A DNA stretch of 46,103 nt from Clostridia bacterium (GTDB lineage: Bacteria; Bacillota; Clostridia; UMGS1883). Each line of letters starts with the position of its first letter. Position 1 is the stretch's first letter. The position numbers and the translations under genes are program-made. The DNA lies in NCBI GenBank assembly GCA_021202495.1, contig JAJQCX010000066.1, positions 1 through 46,103 on the forward strand, written 5' to 3'. This document shows positions 1 through 8,411 of the stretch, piece by piece. The notes under the pieces were generated by a model, which was given only the letters and a program-made list of their open reading frames with translations, searched no databases and was not told the DNA's origin.

Positions 1-63
1 AGTGTTTATACAGAGACACTTGAAAAATTATCTGTAAATCTTATTATACGAGGAGTCTCAGCT

Positions 64-330
64 ATGCCTTCGGCAAAAAAAGTTCCCGAAAGAATGTGTG
101 TCGTCTGCCGTAAGATGCAGCCAAAGCGCCTCCTTTTGAGAATAGTTAAAAACAAAGACGGAGACATTTTCTACGATCCCACCGGCAAGGCGGCGGGTCG
201 CGGCGCGTACATATGCGCATCGCGCGATTGTTTTGCCCGTCTCTCCGGCACGCGCGGCTTTGAGCGCGCGTTTAAATGCCGCATACCCTCCGAGGTTTTT
301 GACGCGGTTAATGAAAATATTGAGGAATGA
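64..330 (+). CDS. ylxR: YlxR/RnpM-family (DUF448) RNA-binding protein
   Basis: 88-aa ORF with the CVVCR...GRGAYIC pattern typical of DUF448. It lies directly upstream of the L7Ae-like gene and infB, as in Firmicutes nusA-infB operons. Its stop overlaps the next start (ATGA). Confidence 0.88.
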   Translation: MPSAKKVPERMCVVCRKMQPKRLLLRIVKNKDGDIFYDPTGKAAGRGAYICASRDCFARLSGTRGFERAFKCRIPSEVFDAVNENIEE

Positions 331-650
331 TTCGTTTGACAGAAAAAATACTTTCCATGACGGGGCTTGCGGTCAGAGCGGGCAAAGTGCGCTTCGGCGT
401 TTACCTCACGCTCTCCGCGTGTGACGCGGGTCGGGCAAAGCTCGTCATCATACCTTCCGACCTCGGGGGCAGCAACAGACGCGGCATCGAGGCGAAATGC
501 AAGAATGCTTCGATCCCGCTCATCACAGTCGCGGACAAACGCTCTCTCGGCAAAGCCTGCGGGCGCGAGGAGACTGCGGCGGTGTGCATCTGTGATGAAA
601 ATTTCAAATCGGCAATTTTAAAAATATATGGAGGCGGCGTGAATGATTAA
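327..650 (+). CDS. ylxQ: L7Ae-family ribosomal-protein-like protein YlxQ
   Basis: 107-aa ORF containing [12 protein letters not shown]. It holds the conserved position between ylxR and infB. Its end overlaps the infB start. Confidence 0.82.
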   Translation: MIRLTEKILSMTGLAVRAGKVRFGVYLTLSACDAGRAKLVIIPSDLGGSNRRGIEAKCKNASIPLITVADKRSLGKACGREETAAVCICDENFKSAILKIYGGGVND

Positions 651-2985
651 ACCCAAAATACATGAAATTTCAAAGCAATTCGGCGTTCCCAACAAGGAAA
701 TCCTTGAGGTTCTTGCCAAATATAAGGTTACCGGAAAAAGCTATATGAGCTCATTGGAACCGAATGAAATGGACATACTTTTAGAGTACTACACTCAAAA
801 GCGCGACAAGGGCGAAAACTTAGAGGCAATTTTGCGCGCGGCTGTAAACGCCGAAAATGAAAAGAAGGAAGCTGTGGAAAAGGCGGCAAACAAGCCCGCG
901 CAATCCGCATCAAAGGATGCGCAAAAAGCTCCGCAAAAGAACGGCAAAAAGCCCGCCGAAAAGAACGCGCAGCAACAGCAAAATGCTCCGCAGCGCAATA
1001 AAAAAGAGGTGCGCTATGTTGACACGCGCACAAACGCTGTCGACCTCGAGCAGCAGCTCAAAACCGAAAAGGCTGCAACTCTTGTCAACGTCGACATTAA
1101 GGACAGCGTTGTAAATAAGCAGAAGATAAAGAAAAACCGCAACAAGCCCGCAGGACAGCAGAGCAGCCGCAAAACGCGCGCCAATAACGACACCGCCTTT
1201 GAAAAGGCGACCGCCAAAAAGCCGGTTAAAAAGGAAAAGCTCCATGTTCTCATTCCCGATGAGATAACCGTCGGCGAGCTTGCGAAAATGCTCGGCGTTG
1301 CCGCAGTTGAGGTCATCAAACGCCTCATGGAAGTCGGCGTCATGGCAACCGTCAATCAGGAAATCTCCTTTGACGAAGCGTCAATTGTTGCGGAAGACTT
1401 GGGCGCAGAGGTTGAAAGAGAAATTATCATCACCCAAGAGGAGCGTCTCTTTAACGACACCCCCGACGAGGAGAAAGATCTTCTTCCCCGTCCGCCCGTT
1501 GTCGTTGTCATGGGTCACGTTGACCACGGCAAGACCTCGCTTCTTGACTGCATCCGCAGCGCCAACGTCACCGCAACCGAAGCGGGCGGCATAACGCAGC
1601 ACATCGGCGCTTACACCGTCAACATCAACGGCAAATCCATCACCTTCCTCGACACTCCCGGTCATGAGGCATTCACCGCCATGCGTATGCGCGGCGCTCA
1701 GGTTACCGACATCGCTATCGTCGTCGTTGCGGCGGACGACGGCATCATGCCGCAGACAATCGAGGCAATTAACCACGCAAAGGCTGCAAATGTCAGCATC
1801 ATCGTTGCGATAAATAAAATAGATAAAGAAGGCGCAAACCCCGACAGAGTTAAGCAGGAGCTTACCGAGCAGGGTCTTGTTCCCGAGGAATGGGGCGGCG
1901 ACGTTCCGTGCGTCAATGTTTCAGCCAAGAAAAATATCGGCATCGACGACCTTTTGGAAATGGTTGTTCTCACCGCCGAAATAAAAGAGCTTAAAGCGAA
2001 CCCCAACCGCCAGGCAAAGGGTACAGTTATCGAATCCAAGCTTGACAAGGGCCGCGGTCCCGTCGCAACCGTGCTTGTGCAAAACGGCACGCTCAAGAGC
2101 GGCGACATCATCGTTGCGGGCACGGCTGTCGGTCGCGTTCGCGCCATGACCGATGAAAAGGGACGCAAGCTCAAAACCGCAGGTCCCTCCACTCCCGTTG
2201 AGATTATCGGTCTTTCCGAAACGCCCGACGGCGGCGACGTGTTCCACGTAGTCGACGACGAACGCGCGGCGCGCAGCGTTGTCGAATCGAGAAAGCAGAA
2301 GATTAAGGATGAGGCATTCAAGGCAACAACTAAGGTTTCGCTTGAAAACCTGTTCGACACCTTGAACGAGGGCGCAATGAAAACGCTCAACATCATTGTC
2401 AGAGCCGATGTTCAGGGCAGCGTTGAGGCGGTTAAGCAGTCGCTCGAAAAGCTTGCCAACGACGAGGTTAAGGTTAAGGTCATTCACGGCGCTGTCGGCG
2501 CAATCACCGAAAGCGACGTCACACTTGCCGCAGCATCCAACGCCATCATCGTCGGATTTAACGTTCGTCCCGACGCCGGCGCAAGAAGCGCGTCGGAACT
2601 CAATAAAGTAGAAATAAGAACCTACCGCATTATATATGAAGCGATTGAAGAAATCGAAGCGGCTCTCAAGGGTATGCTTTCGCCCAAGTTCCGCGAAAGC
2701 GTCATCGGTCACGCCGAAATAAGAGAAATCTTCAAGGTTTCCGGCGTCGGCGCAATCGCGGGCTGCTATGTTACAGACGGAAAGATTGTGCGCCATTGCT
2801 CGGTGCGCATCGTTCGCGAGGGCATTGTCATTCACGAGGGTATGCTTGCCTCCCTCAAGCGTTTCAAGGACGACGCGAAGGAGGTCGCTTCCGGCTACGA
2901 ATGCGGCATGGCGTTTGAAAATTATAATGATATCAAACAGGGCGACAACATCGAATGTTTCGTCATGGAAGAAGTAAAACAGTAA
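643..2985 (+). CDS. infB: Translation initiation factor IF-2
   Basis: 780-aa ORF with a lysine/glutamine-rich N-terminal region, the GTPase motifs [17 protein letters not shown] and NKID, and a conserved C-terminal domain. GGAGG lies 9 nt upstream of the ATG. Confidence 0.97.
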   Translation: MIKPKIHEISKQFGVPNKEILEVLAKYKVTGKSYMSSLEPNEMDILLEYYTQKRDKGENLEAILRAAVNAENEKKEAVEKAANKPAQSASKDAQKAPQKNGKKPAEKNAQQQQNAPQRNKKEVRYVDTRTNAVDLEQQLKTEKAATLVNVDIKDSVVNKQKIKKNRNKPAGQQSSRKTRANNDTAFEKATAKKPVKKEKLHVLIPDEITVGELAKMLGVAAVEVIKRLMEVGVMATVNQEISFDEASIVAEDLGAEVEREIIITQEERLFNDTPDEEKDLLPRPPVVVVMGHVDHGKTSLLDCIRSANVTATEAGGITQHIGAYTVNINGKSITFLDTPGHEAFTAMRMRGAQVTDIAIVVVAADDGIMPQTIEAINHAKAANVSIIVAINKIDKEGANPDRVKQELTEQGLVPEEWGGDVPCVNVSAKKNIGIDDLLEMVVLTAEIKELKANPNRQAKGTVIESKLDKGRGPVATVLVQNGTLKSGDIIVAGTAVGRVRAMTDEKGRKLKTAGPSTPVEIIGLSETPDGGDVFHVVDDERAARSVVESRKQKIKDEAFKATTKVSLENLFDTLNEGAMKTLNIIVRADVQGSVEAVKQSLEKLANDEVKVKVIHGAVGAITESDVTLAAASNAIIVGFNVRPDAGARSASELNKVEIRTYRIIYEAIEEIEAALKGMLSPKFRESVIGHAEIREIFKVSGVGAIAGCYVTDGKIVRHCSVRIVREGIVIHEGMLASLKRFKDDAKEVASGYECGMAFENYNDIKQGDNIECFVMEEVKQ

Positions 2986-2998
2986 TAGGAGCTTATCT

Positions 2999-3385
2999 AT
3001 GGCAAATTACAAAAGGACAGATAGGATAAATGAGGAAATACGCAAAAACCTTTCCGACATTATCCGCGAATTGAAGGATCCGCGCATCCCAATGATGACA
3101 AGCATCGTTTCGGTTGAGGTTTCAAAGGATTTGCGCTATGCCAAAGCCTATGTCAGCGTCATGGGCGACGACGAAACGAAGAAAAACGCCATTTTGGGGC
3201 TCAAAAGCGCGTCGGGCTATATTCGCCGCGAAATCGGCGAACGCGTCTTAATTCGTGCTCTTCCCGAATTTACGTTTGTGCTCGACACGTCCATCGAACA
3301 CGGCGCTCACATCAACGAGCTCATCCACAGCGTAATGCGCGATGTTCCTTCGAATGAAAACGAAAACAGTAAGAATACTGACTGA
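2999..3385 (+). CDS. rbfA: Ribosome-binding factor A
   Basis: 128-aa ORF immediately after infB with an AGGAG RBS. The N-terminal RxxRxxEEIRKxLSDII pattern is typical of RbfA. Confidence 0.92.
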   Translation: MANYKRTDRINEEIRKNLSDIIRELKDPRIPMMTSIVSVEVSKDLRYAKAYVSVMGDDETKKNAILGLKSASGYIRREIGERVLIRALPEFTFVLDTSIEHGAHINELIHSVMRDVPSNENENSKNTD

Positions 3386-3390
3386 TAAAG

Positions 3391-3420
3391 CGGGAGCGGC
3401 AAAAACCGCTCCCGTTTTGT
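3391..3420 (+). terminator. Rho-independent terminator or attenuator after rbfA
   Basis: 9-bp GC-rich stem CGGGAGCGG / CCGCTCCCG (3391-3399 and 3406-3414) with loop CAAAAA, followed by TTTTGT. Confidence 0.6.
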
Positions 3421-3435
3421 AAAGGAGTTCCTTTT

Positions 3436-4386
3436 ATGAATATTTTAAATTTTCTTTTGAGCAAGCGCTCCGTGCTGCTTTTGCCGCACGTCAATCCCGA
3501 TTGGGACGCTTACGGCTCGTGCCTCGCTTTGCGCCATATCCTGCGCGAACGCGGCGTTTCGTGTGACATTTTGCTTGACGAGCCCGTTCCCTTTCATCTC
3601 AATTTTCTCGATACGGACGCTCTCGTCTATGACGAAAACGAAGAATATAAGTATGACGTCATCTGTGCGGTAGACGGCAGTGAGTTAAGCAGATTTTCAA
3701 AACGGGCAGCTCTCTTTGAAAAAATTCCCGAACATGCCTGCATCGATCATCATGTCTGCCCCGCTCCGTTTACCCCTATGAGCATCATCAACCCCAATGC
3801 CGCCGCGACGGCGGAGGTTATCTACGACCTCATGCGCGAGTGTGGTATTCCTCTTTCACCGAAGCTTGCGGAATATCTCTACTGCGCCCTCTCGTCCGAC
3901 ACGGGTTCTTTTCGCCATTCAAATACAACAGCACACTCGGCGCAAATGCTCTCTGACCTTCTCTCAGCCGGGCTTGATATTGGCGCGCTTTCAAACATGC
4001 TCTATTTTCGCAGCACTCTCTCCCAGCTCAAGCTTCGCGCCGCTGCAATCGAAACTTTGGAACTTTTCGCCGAGGGCACAGTCGGGATTTGCACAATCAG
4101 CCGACAGATGCTTGCCGACACGGGTGCAACGCGCGACGACGCGGGCGCGCTTTCGGATCTTCCGCGCAGCGTCTACACCGTCAGAGCCTCGGCAGTTTTG
4201 AAAGAAGAGGATAACGGCACGGTCAAGCTCAGCCTTCGTTCAAACGGCGACATCAATGTTCTCCAAATTGCCGCACTTTTCGGCGGCGGCGGACACGTAC
4301 CCGCCGCGGGCGCAACGGTTGAAGGCACACTTTCGGAGATTAAAGAGCGTCTTATTCCCCATCTTGTAAAGGCGGTGCAGTCTTGA
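3436..4386 (+). CDS. nrnA: DHH/DHHA1 phosphoesterase (NrnA-type oligoribonuclease / pAp phosphatase)
   Basis: 316-aa ORF with the DHH motif (CIDHHVCP) and the DHHA1 GGGGH motif (FGGGGHVPAAG). Its position between rbfA and truB is conserved. Confidence 0.85.
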   Translation: MNILNFLLSKRSVLLLPHVNPDWDAYGSCLALRHILRERGVSCDILLDEPVPFHLNFLDTDALVYDENEEYKYDVICAVDGSELSRFSKRAALFEKIPEHACIDHHVCPAPFTPMSIINPNAAATAEVIYDLMRECGIPLSPKLAEYLYCALSSDTGSFRHSNTTAHSAQMLSDLLSAGLDIGALSNMLYFRSTLSQLKLRAAAIETLELFAEGTVGICTISRQMLADTGATRDDAGALSDLPRSVYTVRASAVLKEEDNGTVKLSLRSNGDINVLQIAALFGGGGHVPAAGATVEGTLSEIKERLIPHLVKAVQS

Positions 4387-5246
4387 ACGGTATTGTTATC
4401 ATGGACAAGCCTGCGGGCGTAACCTCGTTTAAGGCGCTCGGCATAATTAAAAAAGCATACTGCACAAAACGCGTAGGGCACACCGGCACGCTCGATCCCG
4501 ACGCCACAGGTGTTCTTCCGGTTCTTATCGGCAAAGCGACCCGTGCGGCGGAGCTTGTCACAGCTTCGGATAAGGAATATATTGCCCGCGTCCGCCTCGG
4601 CGTCAAAACCGATACAGACGATCTTTCGGGGCAAATCCTCGCACAAGCGCCCGTCGACGTTTCAGAAAGCGAGCTTTTAAAGGCCGCGGAAAGCTTTGTC
4701 GGCGAAATTGAGCAAATTCCGCCCATGTACAGCGCAGTTTCTGTCGGCGGGCAACGCCTTTACGACCTCGCCCGCAAAGGAATTGAGGCGGAACGCGCAC
4801 CGCGAAGAGTAACTATCCATTCAATCGAAATAACAGACATTGCACTTCCCGAATTTTCGATGCGCGTCTCCTGCTCAAAGGGTACATATATCAGAACTCT
4901 TGCGGCGGATATTGCGTCAAAGCTTAACACATTCGGCGCACTCTGCGCGCTTAGGCGCACACGCTGCGGAGTTTTCTCACTCCAAGACGCACATTCCCCC
5001 GATGAAATCGCCGCAAATCCGGCAGCGTATCTTCGCTCCACGGACAGCCTTTTTTCCGACTTTCCGTCAATTAACCTCGACGAGCGTATGTCCCGCCTTG
5101 TCAAAAACGGCGTTCCCGCCTATTTTGACGGAAATGAGGGCGAAACGCTCCGCGTATATGACAACAACGCCGATTTTATCGCCCTTTCAAAAGTGTGCGA
5201 GATAGATTCACGCCTCTGCTTAAAATCAATCAAAACCTTCTACTGA
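4383..5246 (+). CDS. truB: tRNA pseudouridine(55) synthase TruB
   Basis: 287-aa ORF containing MDKPAGVTSF and HTGTLDPDATGVLPV, which includes the catalytic Asp motif. The apparent TTG start overlaps the nrnA stop. Confidence 0.93.
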   Translation: MNGIVIMDKPAGVTSFKALGIIKKAYCTKRVGHTGTLDPDATGVLPVLIGKATRAAELVTASDKEYIARVRLGVKTDTDDLSGQILAQAPVDVSESELLKAAESFVGEIEQIPPMYSAVSVGGQRLYDLARKGIEAERAPRRVTIHSIEITDIALPEFSMRVSCSKGTYIRTLAADIASKLNTFGALCALRRTRCGVFSLQDAHSPDEIAANPAAYLRSTDSLFSDFPSINLDERMSRLVKNGVPAYFDGNEGETLRVYDNNADFIALSKVCEIDSRLCLKSIKTFY

Positions 5247-5259
5247 TTGGAGTATATGT

Positions 5260-6159
5260 ATGACCAAAACCGCCTGTGCTCTGGGCTTTTTCGACGGCGT
5301 CCACAAAGCCCATTCGCAAATTTTATCTTCCTGCGCCGCATACGCGCAAGAGCACAATCTCACAAGCGCCGCCGTCACCTTTGTCCGTTCACCCTCTGAA
5401 TTTTTTGGTGCGGACACTCAATATATAACCACTTTCACGCAAAAGCAGGAGCTTATTTTATCGCTCGGGATAGAGCACGTTTTCCCAATTCCCTGTGATG
5501 CGGCAACGCTTTCACTTTCCCCCGAGGAATTTGTTTTTCAATTTCTCGTTGAAAAGCTCAATGCCGAAGCCCTCTTTTGCGGGTTTAATTACACATTCGG
5601 CAAAAACGCCGCGGGAAACGTCGCAACTCTCTCCGCTCTCTGTGAAAAATACAATATAAAACTATTTGTTTCGGACTGTATGGAGCACAACTCAATTCCC
5701 GTTTCGTCAACCTCGGTTCGCCGTGCGTTAAACGAGGGGAATATCCCGCTTGCAAATGAGCTTCTTTCGCGCCCGTTTGAAATTCGCGGCACGATCGCGC
5801 ACGGCAAGCGCTTGGGCTCATCGCTCGGCTTTCCCACGGCAAATATTTATCCCCCCGAAGGCTTGGTACATCTCCTCTACGGAGTTTACGCCACAAAATG
5901 CCTAATTGACGATACTTTATATCCCGCCGTCACCAACGTCGGCGTCAACCCCACCGTCAATTCCGACGGCAAAATCCGCGTCGAAAACCACATCATTGAT
6001 TTTGACCGCGACGTCTATCTTCACACTCTTTCGGTGCGTTTTTACAAGTATATGCGCGGCGAACAGCGCTTCCCCTCTGTGGACGCGCTCCGCGCTCAAA
6101 TCGAGCGCGACAAAGCCGCCACTATAGCATATTTCAAAAAAGGAGCAGGAACATTATGA
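5260..6159 (+). CDS. ribF: Bifunctional riboflavin kinase / FMN adenylyltransferase
   Basis: 299-aa ORF with the N-terminal GFFDGVHKAH nucleotidyltransferase motif and the C-terminal GFPTAN riboflavin-kinase motif. Confidence 0.92.
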   Translation: MTKTACALGFFDGVHKAHSQILSSCAAYAQEHNLTSAAVTFVRSPSEFFGADTQYITTFTQKQELILSLGIEHVFPIPCDAATLSLSPEEFVFQFLVEKLNAEALFCGFNYTFGKNAAGNVATLSALCEKYNIKLFVSDCMEHNSIPVSSTSVRRALNEGNIPLANELLSRPFEIRGTIAHGKRLGSSLGFPTANIYPPEGLVHLLYGVYATKCLIDDTLYPAVTNVGVNPTVNSDGKIRVENHIIDFDRDVYLHTLSVRFYKYMRGEQRFPSVDALRAQIERDKAATIAYFKKGAGTL

Positions 6160-7871
6160 AAAACAGCAAAAAGCTATTCTCACTTCTAATCGCGCTCGTC
6201 CTCGTTTTGTCGCTTTACCAACCCGGCATTGCGGCGGACGTCTTCAACGCGGGCGTTTCGTTTGACCAATCGTCTCTCGTTTCGGGCGAATTGACGGCGA
6301 CCATCGCCGTTGCCGCATCTGCATCCGACGATGTACTTTTGTCGGTCAACTTCTACCGTTCGGACGGCTCTCTTGAAACCTTCAACGCTCAGCGTGTCAC
6401 ACCTACTTTAACAAGCGGGTATTATATTTCGCAGGCGTCTCTTTCGCTCACCATCCCCGATGATATTGCTTTCGGCGACTATATCAAAGCGATTGTAATT
6501 TCCGCCGAAACGCTTCAGCCGGCAACCTATCTGAGCGATAATACCCTTTACTGCACCATGGGCTTAGATCCCGACGTTACATATGACGGACTTTCCGAGC
6601 GCTACTACACGCTCGATTCTCCGGACGGCTCAATTGCTCTCACAGGCAGTGAAGGCTACGACCTGACAGTTTCCGACGAAGGCTCAATCCTCCGTTTAAA
6701 GGACATGGGCGAAGGTGAATATGCCTTTGAAAACGGTGAAAAATCCACCGACCGCTTAACGCAAGGCGAAGAATCTGTTTGCATGGATGAATATATCTCC
6801 GGCAGCGCCACTCAGCGCTGGCTTTTGGATGAATACGATGGAGGATATTCAATTCAGTCCGTTTCAAATTTGACGTACCTTGCAATAGTTGACGATGTGG
6901 TTGTCCTTTCGGACGAACCGTATGCCTTTGCCCTCACCCTTCGCGGCGACACGCCTTTCTCACTTGCTACGGCGCTCGACGGCTTTGCTCTCCTGACCGA
7001 AGCACAGCAAACGCGCTATGTTGAGATCTTCACCTCCGTCGGCGCGTCTGTTTTCCCGAATGCGACCAAACAAACGACCTTCCTTGCCCGCAGCGAGGAG
7101 GAGCTTACAGCTCTTTATTCGCAAAGAGACAGCCTGACCTCCGAGGAGCAGCGCAGCAAATTGCTTGAAATAATGTCCACACCGCTCTATTATTCGTCGT
7201 CCTCAACCTTAACATGCGATGTGAAAGACATTCCCACTCTTCCCGATACCGACGTCACCATCACTCAGGCAGATCCCGTTTCGACAACGCACTACATCTG
7301 GGATCTCGGAACTGTCAGCTGCTATCTCATAAAGGTTACATATACGACCGACACAACCTCGCAAACCGTTTCCGTCTACACGACCGACCCCGATTACGGC
7401 AACGTGCAAAACTCCATTGAAGCGCTCGGCAATTTCCCCTACGCTTACCGTCAGTATATCAAAACTATCTACGTTTATGAATCCGACGGCAACTCATATA
7501 ACTGCGGCGGCGAGGAGCTTTTCGTGCGTATTGCGTGGGTATGCACCGTCAGTGACATCACGCGCGGTTTTGCGCATGAGCTCGGACACAGCCTCGACAT
7601 GATGGCAAACGGCAACTTAAACAATTCCTCCACCCACTGGTGCCAGGGCTCCAAGTGGCAGTCCTGTGTAGCCGACGACATTGTAACCATTTCAGGCTAC
7701 GGCAACAGCAATTACTACGAGGGCATAGCCGAATTTTCACGCCTCTATATGGCGTCCTATAACGACCGTGACAGAATGCTCGGCATGGAGCAGCTTTTCC
7801 CAAATCAGCTTGCCTCCTTTAACCGTCTTTTGACAAAGGTCGGCGGTCCCGTCCTCTACGGCAGTACCTGA
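6156..7871 (+). CDS. Secreted lectin-like / HExxH zinc metalloprotease (M34/ATLF-like by motif)
   Basis: 571-aa ORF whose start overlaps the ribF stop (ATGA). It has a signal peptide (MKNSKKLFSLLIALVLVLSLYQPGIAADV). A central QxW-type motif (ATQRWLL) suggests a ricin-B-like lectin. HELGH (7575-7589) is followed 44 residues later by YYEGIAEF, the gluzincin spacing and pattern seen in anthrax LF / PPEP-type proteases. Family assignment is by motif only. Confidence 0.7.
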   Translation: MKNSKKLFSLLIALVLVLSLYQPGIAADVFNAGVSFDQSSLVSGELTATIAVAASASDDVLLSVNFYRSDGSLETFNAQRVTPTLTSGYYISQASLSLTIPDDIAFGDYIKAIVISAETLQPATYLSDNTLYCTMGLDPDVTYDGLSERYYTLDSPDGSIALTGSEGYDLTVSDEGSILRLKDMGEGEYAFENGEKSTDRLTQGEESVCMDEYISGSATQRWLLDEYDGGYSIQSVSNLTYLAIVDDVVVLSDEPYAFALTLRGDTPFSLATALDGFALLTEAQQTRYVEIFTSVGASVFPNATKQTTFLARSEEELTALYSQRDSLTSEEQRSKLLEIMSTPLYYSSSSTLTCDVKDIPTLPDTDVTITQADPVSTTHYIWDLGTVSCYLIKVTYTTDTTSQTVSVYTTDPDYGNVQNSIEALGNFPYAYRQYIKTIYVYESDGNSYNCGGEELFVRIAWVCTVSDITRGFAHELGHSLDMMANGNLNNSSTHWCQGSKWQSCVADDIVTISGYGNSNYYEGIAEFSRLYMASYNDRDRMLGMEQLFPNQLASFNRLLTKVGGPVLYGST

Positions 7872-7925
7872 TAACCAAGAAAATTCTTAATCTATAATCT
7901 CATTTTCAAATATATAATTAACTGC

Positions 7926-7956
7926 GGCAGCATCGACTTGATGCTGCCATAGTTTC
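7926..7956 (+). terminator. Putative terminator after the 6156-7871 gene
   Basis: 9-bp stem GGCAGCATC / GATGCTGCC (7926-7934 and 7940-7948) with loop GACTT. The following T tract is weak (ATAGTTTC). Confidence 0.5.
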
Positions 7957-8000
7957 AACTGTTAAATCCGGTTTTTTCAAGTTGGAATTCCCCTCAATCA

Positions 8001-8280
8001 TTGACGTCAAGTTACAGTTCAGCCATAAAAAGTGACGTCACACGCCGAAAAGAGCGCAGAGAAAACGCTCCGCGTTGTCTCTGCGGAGGGGGAGGAAATG
8101 CTCCCACATGAAATCGTCAAAAACCAAAGACGCTTTGGTTTTTGACTCCTCTATCGGGGTAGCCCGCACGTAGTGCGGGCGTAAGCGTAAGTGCCCGATG
8201 TGAAAGAGGTTTACGGGGAAAACATGACTATGTTGTCCCCGTGTTCAGCCGCTTCGCGGCTGAACTGTTACGACGTCAAA
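8001..8280. repeat. Inverted-repeat-bounded hairpin-array element (REP/MITE-like insertion or structured sRNA)
   Basis: The ends TTGACGTCAAGTTACAGTTCAGCC (8001-8024) and GGCTGAACTGTTACGACGTCAA (8259-8280) are imperfect inverted repeats. Several stable hairpins lie between them: 8055-8085, 8090-8105, 8116-8146 (14-bp perfect stem), 8162-8180, 8214-8241 and 8243-8265. GTTCAGCC occurs at both 8017-8024 and 8243-8250. Confidence 0.55.
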
Positions 8281-8311
8281 GTATTTTTTCTTTTACAGGC
8301 GGCAAAAGTGC

Positions 8312-8341
8312 TTGACATGATATGACCGGAAGAGGTAAAAT
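8312..8341 (+). promoter_or_regulatory. Putative sigma-A promoter of the LRR protein gene
   Basis: TTGACA (8312-8317), then a 17-18 nt spacer, then GTAAAAT (8335-8341), about 100 nt upstream of the coding start. Confidence 0.4.
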
Positions 8342-8411
8342 AATGATAGTTATTTACGAAAATTCGGGGAATTTTCAAAAGCAAAAACAAGCTTATTGAA
8401 AAGAGCCTTCG

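Noticed and set aside
233-621. Overlapping alternative-frame ORFs within ylxR/ylxQ (233-424, 367-621, 401-607).
   Set aside because: They overlap ORFs with clear family signatures and operon context. Their translations are Arg/Ser/Ala-rich noise.
8098-8145. A 15-codon ORF (MLPHEIVKNQRRFGF) with an upstream GGAGG inside the hairpin-array element, considered as a possible leader peptide or small protein.
   Set aside because: It simply spans the 14-bp hairpin. It shows no codon pattern suggestive of attenuation and no evidence of conservation. It cannot be supported from the sequence alone.
8001-8280. The hairpin-array element interpreted as a CRISPR array, a retron msr/msd, a riboswitch of the downstream LRR gene, or a known housekeeping RNA (RNase P, SRP, tmRNA, 6S).
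   Set aside because: The hairpins are all different and not regularly spaced, so it is not a CRISPR array. There is no reverse transcriptase or cas gene nearby. The best promoter for the LRR gene lies downstream of the element. None of the conserved cores of RNase P, SRP RNA or tmRNA that I can recall is present.
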